IMG/VR virus record: IMGVR_UViG_3300037722_000136
Span: 1 to 46,642 of that record
Reading direction: 5' to 3' (one strand)
DNA length: 46,642 bases
Source: a virus
Taxonomy: Duplodnaviria; Caudoviricetes
Below the pieces are notes generated by a model. The model was given only the letters and a program-made list of their open reading frames with translations. It did no database searches and was not told where the DNA came from. The position numbers and the translations under genes are program-made. Each line of letters starts with the position of its first letter. Position 1 is the first letter of the stretch. Below, one piece after another: positions 44,819 through 46,642 of the stretch.

Positions 44819-45562
44819 TCATCGTCCTTTCTTTTTCTTGAACTTTTCCCGGCTATACTTTTCACCGGGACCGCAGGCCATATATTCGATATAGGGGTGG
44901 CCGTCGATCACCACTCCGCAGGCCATGATCGGTTTCTGACTCCCGGACTCTGAATACTCCATCGCGGGGTGAAGACGGTCTACGAGGCACCCGACGTTCA
45001 TGCCCCAACGCAAGGTCTTGCGTCCGGCTAATGCAGAAATACCGCTGCGGGTGTGGTAATGTCCTAAGACCACCGGCATGTCAAGACCTTTTTCCAAAGT
45101 CAGCATGGCCGGGTGTTTCCCGCCGCCACATCCTTTGTGTCCGTGCGTATAGAGAACGCCGTCCAGTTCCCATTCGTTATCCCACTTCCAATCCGGGGTC
45201 TCCCACACTTCCGACAGTTCATACAGAAACCGATCAGTGATACCGTGTACCGCAGCTACACGCTTAGGTCTCAAATCATGGTTTCCGGTTGTCACCAGCA
45301 TCGGCTTTTTCGCTGACACCCACCCCGCTTCGTGCAACAGTGCATCGAGTGTGCGTATGCAATCGCGGGCCTGTATAAATTCATCAAGGGGCCCGGGCAT
45401 TTCGGGGTGATGGTCGTGGAAAGACGGCCCGTGCAGATCGCTCACGTCGCCGATATGTACCACCCGCTGTATGTCCCACGCTTCGAAGATGTCCATAAGG
45501 AAATCGATTGCTGCGGGGTGGCAGGCAGGAAAGTGTGTGTCGCTGATGACGCCAATTCTCAT
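44819..45562 (-). CDS. Calcineurin-like metallophosphoesterase
   Basis: ISDTH, HIGDVSD, GNHD, THGH, GHYH, NVGCL. Confidence 0.92.
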   Translation of the reverse strand: MRIGVISDTHFPACHPAAIDFLMDIFEAWDIQRVVHIGDVSDLHGPSFHDHHPEMPGPLDEFIQARDCIRTLDALLHEAGWVSAKKPMLVTTGNHDLRPKRVAAVHGITDRFLYELSEVWETPDWKWDNEWELDGVLYTHGHKGCGGGKHPAMLTLEKGLDMPVVLGHYHTRSGISALAGRKTLRWGMNVGCLVDRLHPAMEYSESGSQKPIMACGVVIDGHPYIEYMACGPGEKYSREKFKKKKGR

Positions 45563-46560
45563 TGTTTACTCCGAAGGTATGACGCGAAGGCGTTACTCAT
45601 AGTGTAACCGTTGAACTTCTCCGGGTCAAGAGGTTTCATGGTGGTAGCGTCGATAATTTTCAACCCGATCCACCGGGCAAGCCCCACTTCAGCGAATCCG
45701 CCAGTCGATCTCTCCCACCCCGGAAGCACAACCAATGCATCACGGTCGGTGCTAGTCAGAAGGTATCGGATCGCAGGATAATCCCGATCGATGAACACTC
45801 GCGGGTCTTCGGACGCATTCTCTGCCTGTTCCGCTGTCATGTTAGCCGCCCGGTCGATGTCGGCGGGGTTTATGACCATATATCCCCGCGAGGAAAACAA
45901 ATCCCGGGCCTGATCGAACATAGGGAAATTGGCATCCGGGTACCCCCGCATAGGCCCGGCTATATAGACACGGCCTTGTAAATTATAACCGCCAGAAGGG
46001 GTGGTGCCGCGAGCAATCAAATTCGCTACGCTTGCATCTACCCGCGACTCGGCGAGTTCCGCGTAGACTCGTTGTTCAAACGGGGTGAGTTTGCTCCCTT
46101 GATGACATGATTCAAAAACTTGCTGTTTTATTGCGTCGGGGTCGTTCACCACTACTTTGCCGTCCAAAACGTGTATCTTACTCAATCTATCAGCTTTGAT
46201 TAGAAATTCGCCCGCTTCGATCTGCTTCACAATTTCCCTGTTGGTTGGGTCAGCCGTATCAAAGGAATTGGACGCAGCTTCGATTTCCAACTGCAAATTC
46301 GCCAACGCCCTCCAAGCTAACTTTGCACTGTGGCGAAGACCGTCGGTGTCGATCGTGCCGCGTTCGGTCAGGTGGCGGGCAATGCAGTCAGCGTGATCGC
46401 TGCTCTTGTCACGCGACCAGTGCATTTCTTCGCCGGGGTTGTGCTGTTTGTTCCCGATGTAGCTTACGTGGGCAACCGCCGCGACGGCATCAGGGAAGTA
46501 ATCCAACACCCCCCGGGCGATCGGCCTTTCCTTACGTTCTTTTGAGTAAGTTGGAAGCAT
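45559..46560 (-). CDS. Fusion of a dATP/dGTP diphosphohydrolase-like domain (DUF5664) and a DUF4406 nucleoside-deoxyribosyltransferase-like domain
   Basis: N: FPDA.AAVA.VS..GN.QHNP...W.R.KS.DH.DCI.RHL...D.DG.RH...AWRALA.L. C: VYIAGPMRG....NFP.F...V.NPA...LPGWERS.G..AE..LA..IG. Confidence 0.8.
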   Translation of the reverse strand: MLPTYSKERKERPIARGVLDYFPDAVAAVAHVSYIGNKQHNPGEEMHWSRDKSSDHADCIARHLTERGTIDTDGLRHSAKLAWRALANLQLEIEAASNSFDTADPTNREIVKQIEAGEFLIKADRLSKIHVLDGKVVVNDPDAIKQQVFESCHQGSKLTPFEQRVYAELAESRVDASVANLIARGTTPSGGYNLQGRVYIAGPMRGYPDANFPMFDQARDLFSSRGYMVINPADIDRAANMTAEQAENASEDPRVFIDRDYPAIRYLLTSTDRDALVVLPGWERSTGGFAEVGLARWIGLKIIDATTMKPLDPEKFNGYTMSNAFASYLRSKQ

Positions 46561-46642
46561 TAGTGTCTCCTATCGATTTTTCCAGTTCTAGTCGATTTCG
46601 ATATTCCGCAATCACATCCCCGTGGCAGGCGAGCGGTTTACA
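46517..46642. repeat. Terminal direct repeat (assembly overlap), copy 2
   Basis: Identical to 17-142. Confidence 0.95.

Noticed and set aside
45559-46560. 2-aminoadenine (Z) genome pathway
   Set aside because: No PurZ recognised; MazG-like and diphosphohydrolase genes alone are insufficient.
1-46642. Alternative genetic code or stop-codon reassignment
   Set aside because: Core genes are full length and tightly packed under the standard bacterial code.

Overview
The window is an apparently complete circular dsDNA tailed-phage genome with a unit length of 46,500 bp (17-142 is repeated at 46517-46642). It has podovirus-like architecture and two divergent halves separated by a repeat-rich non-coding region (~19.2-20.0 kb). 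The leftward half runs from ~19.2 kb through position 1 and wraps to ~41.8 kb. It carries small early genes, including a duplicated array of Ala-rich repeat proteins separated by hairpins and a 57% acidic protein. It also encodes family A DNA polymerase, a DEDD exonuclease, RuvC, a PD-(D/E)XK nuclease, a Sak4-like ATPase, GroES, an SSB-like protein, a TOPRIM/D5 primase-helicase, nucleotide-pool enzymes, HNH endonucleases and candidate lysis membrane proteins. The rightward half encodes terminase, portal, scaffold, major capsid, tail tubular/nozzle proteins and three probable ejection proteins. Four observations stand out. (1) An intact-looking GGDEF diguanylate-cyclase domain without an I-site is embedded in the 1440-aa putative ejection protein. 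(2) A tRNA-His-like gene (G-1, C73) carries a structured 59-nt insertion in the anticodon loop. (3) The early region is a mosaic cassette array with identical boundary blocks. (4) A GCGC-rich island carrying an IS1595 zinc-ribbon fragment sits in a genome that otherwise appears to avoid GCGC. Two protein families weakly suggest a Planctomycetota host. All family calls are from motif recognition by eye, not database searches.
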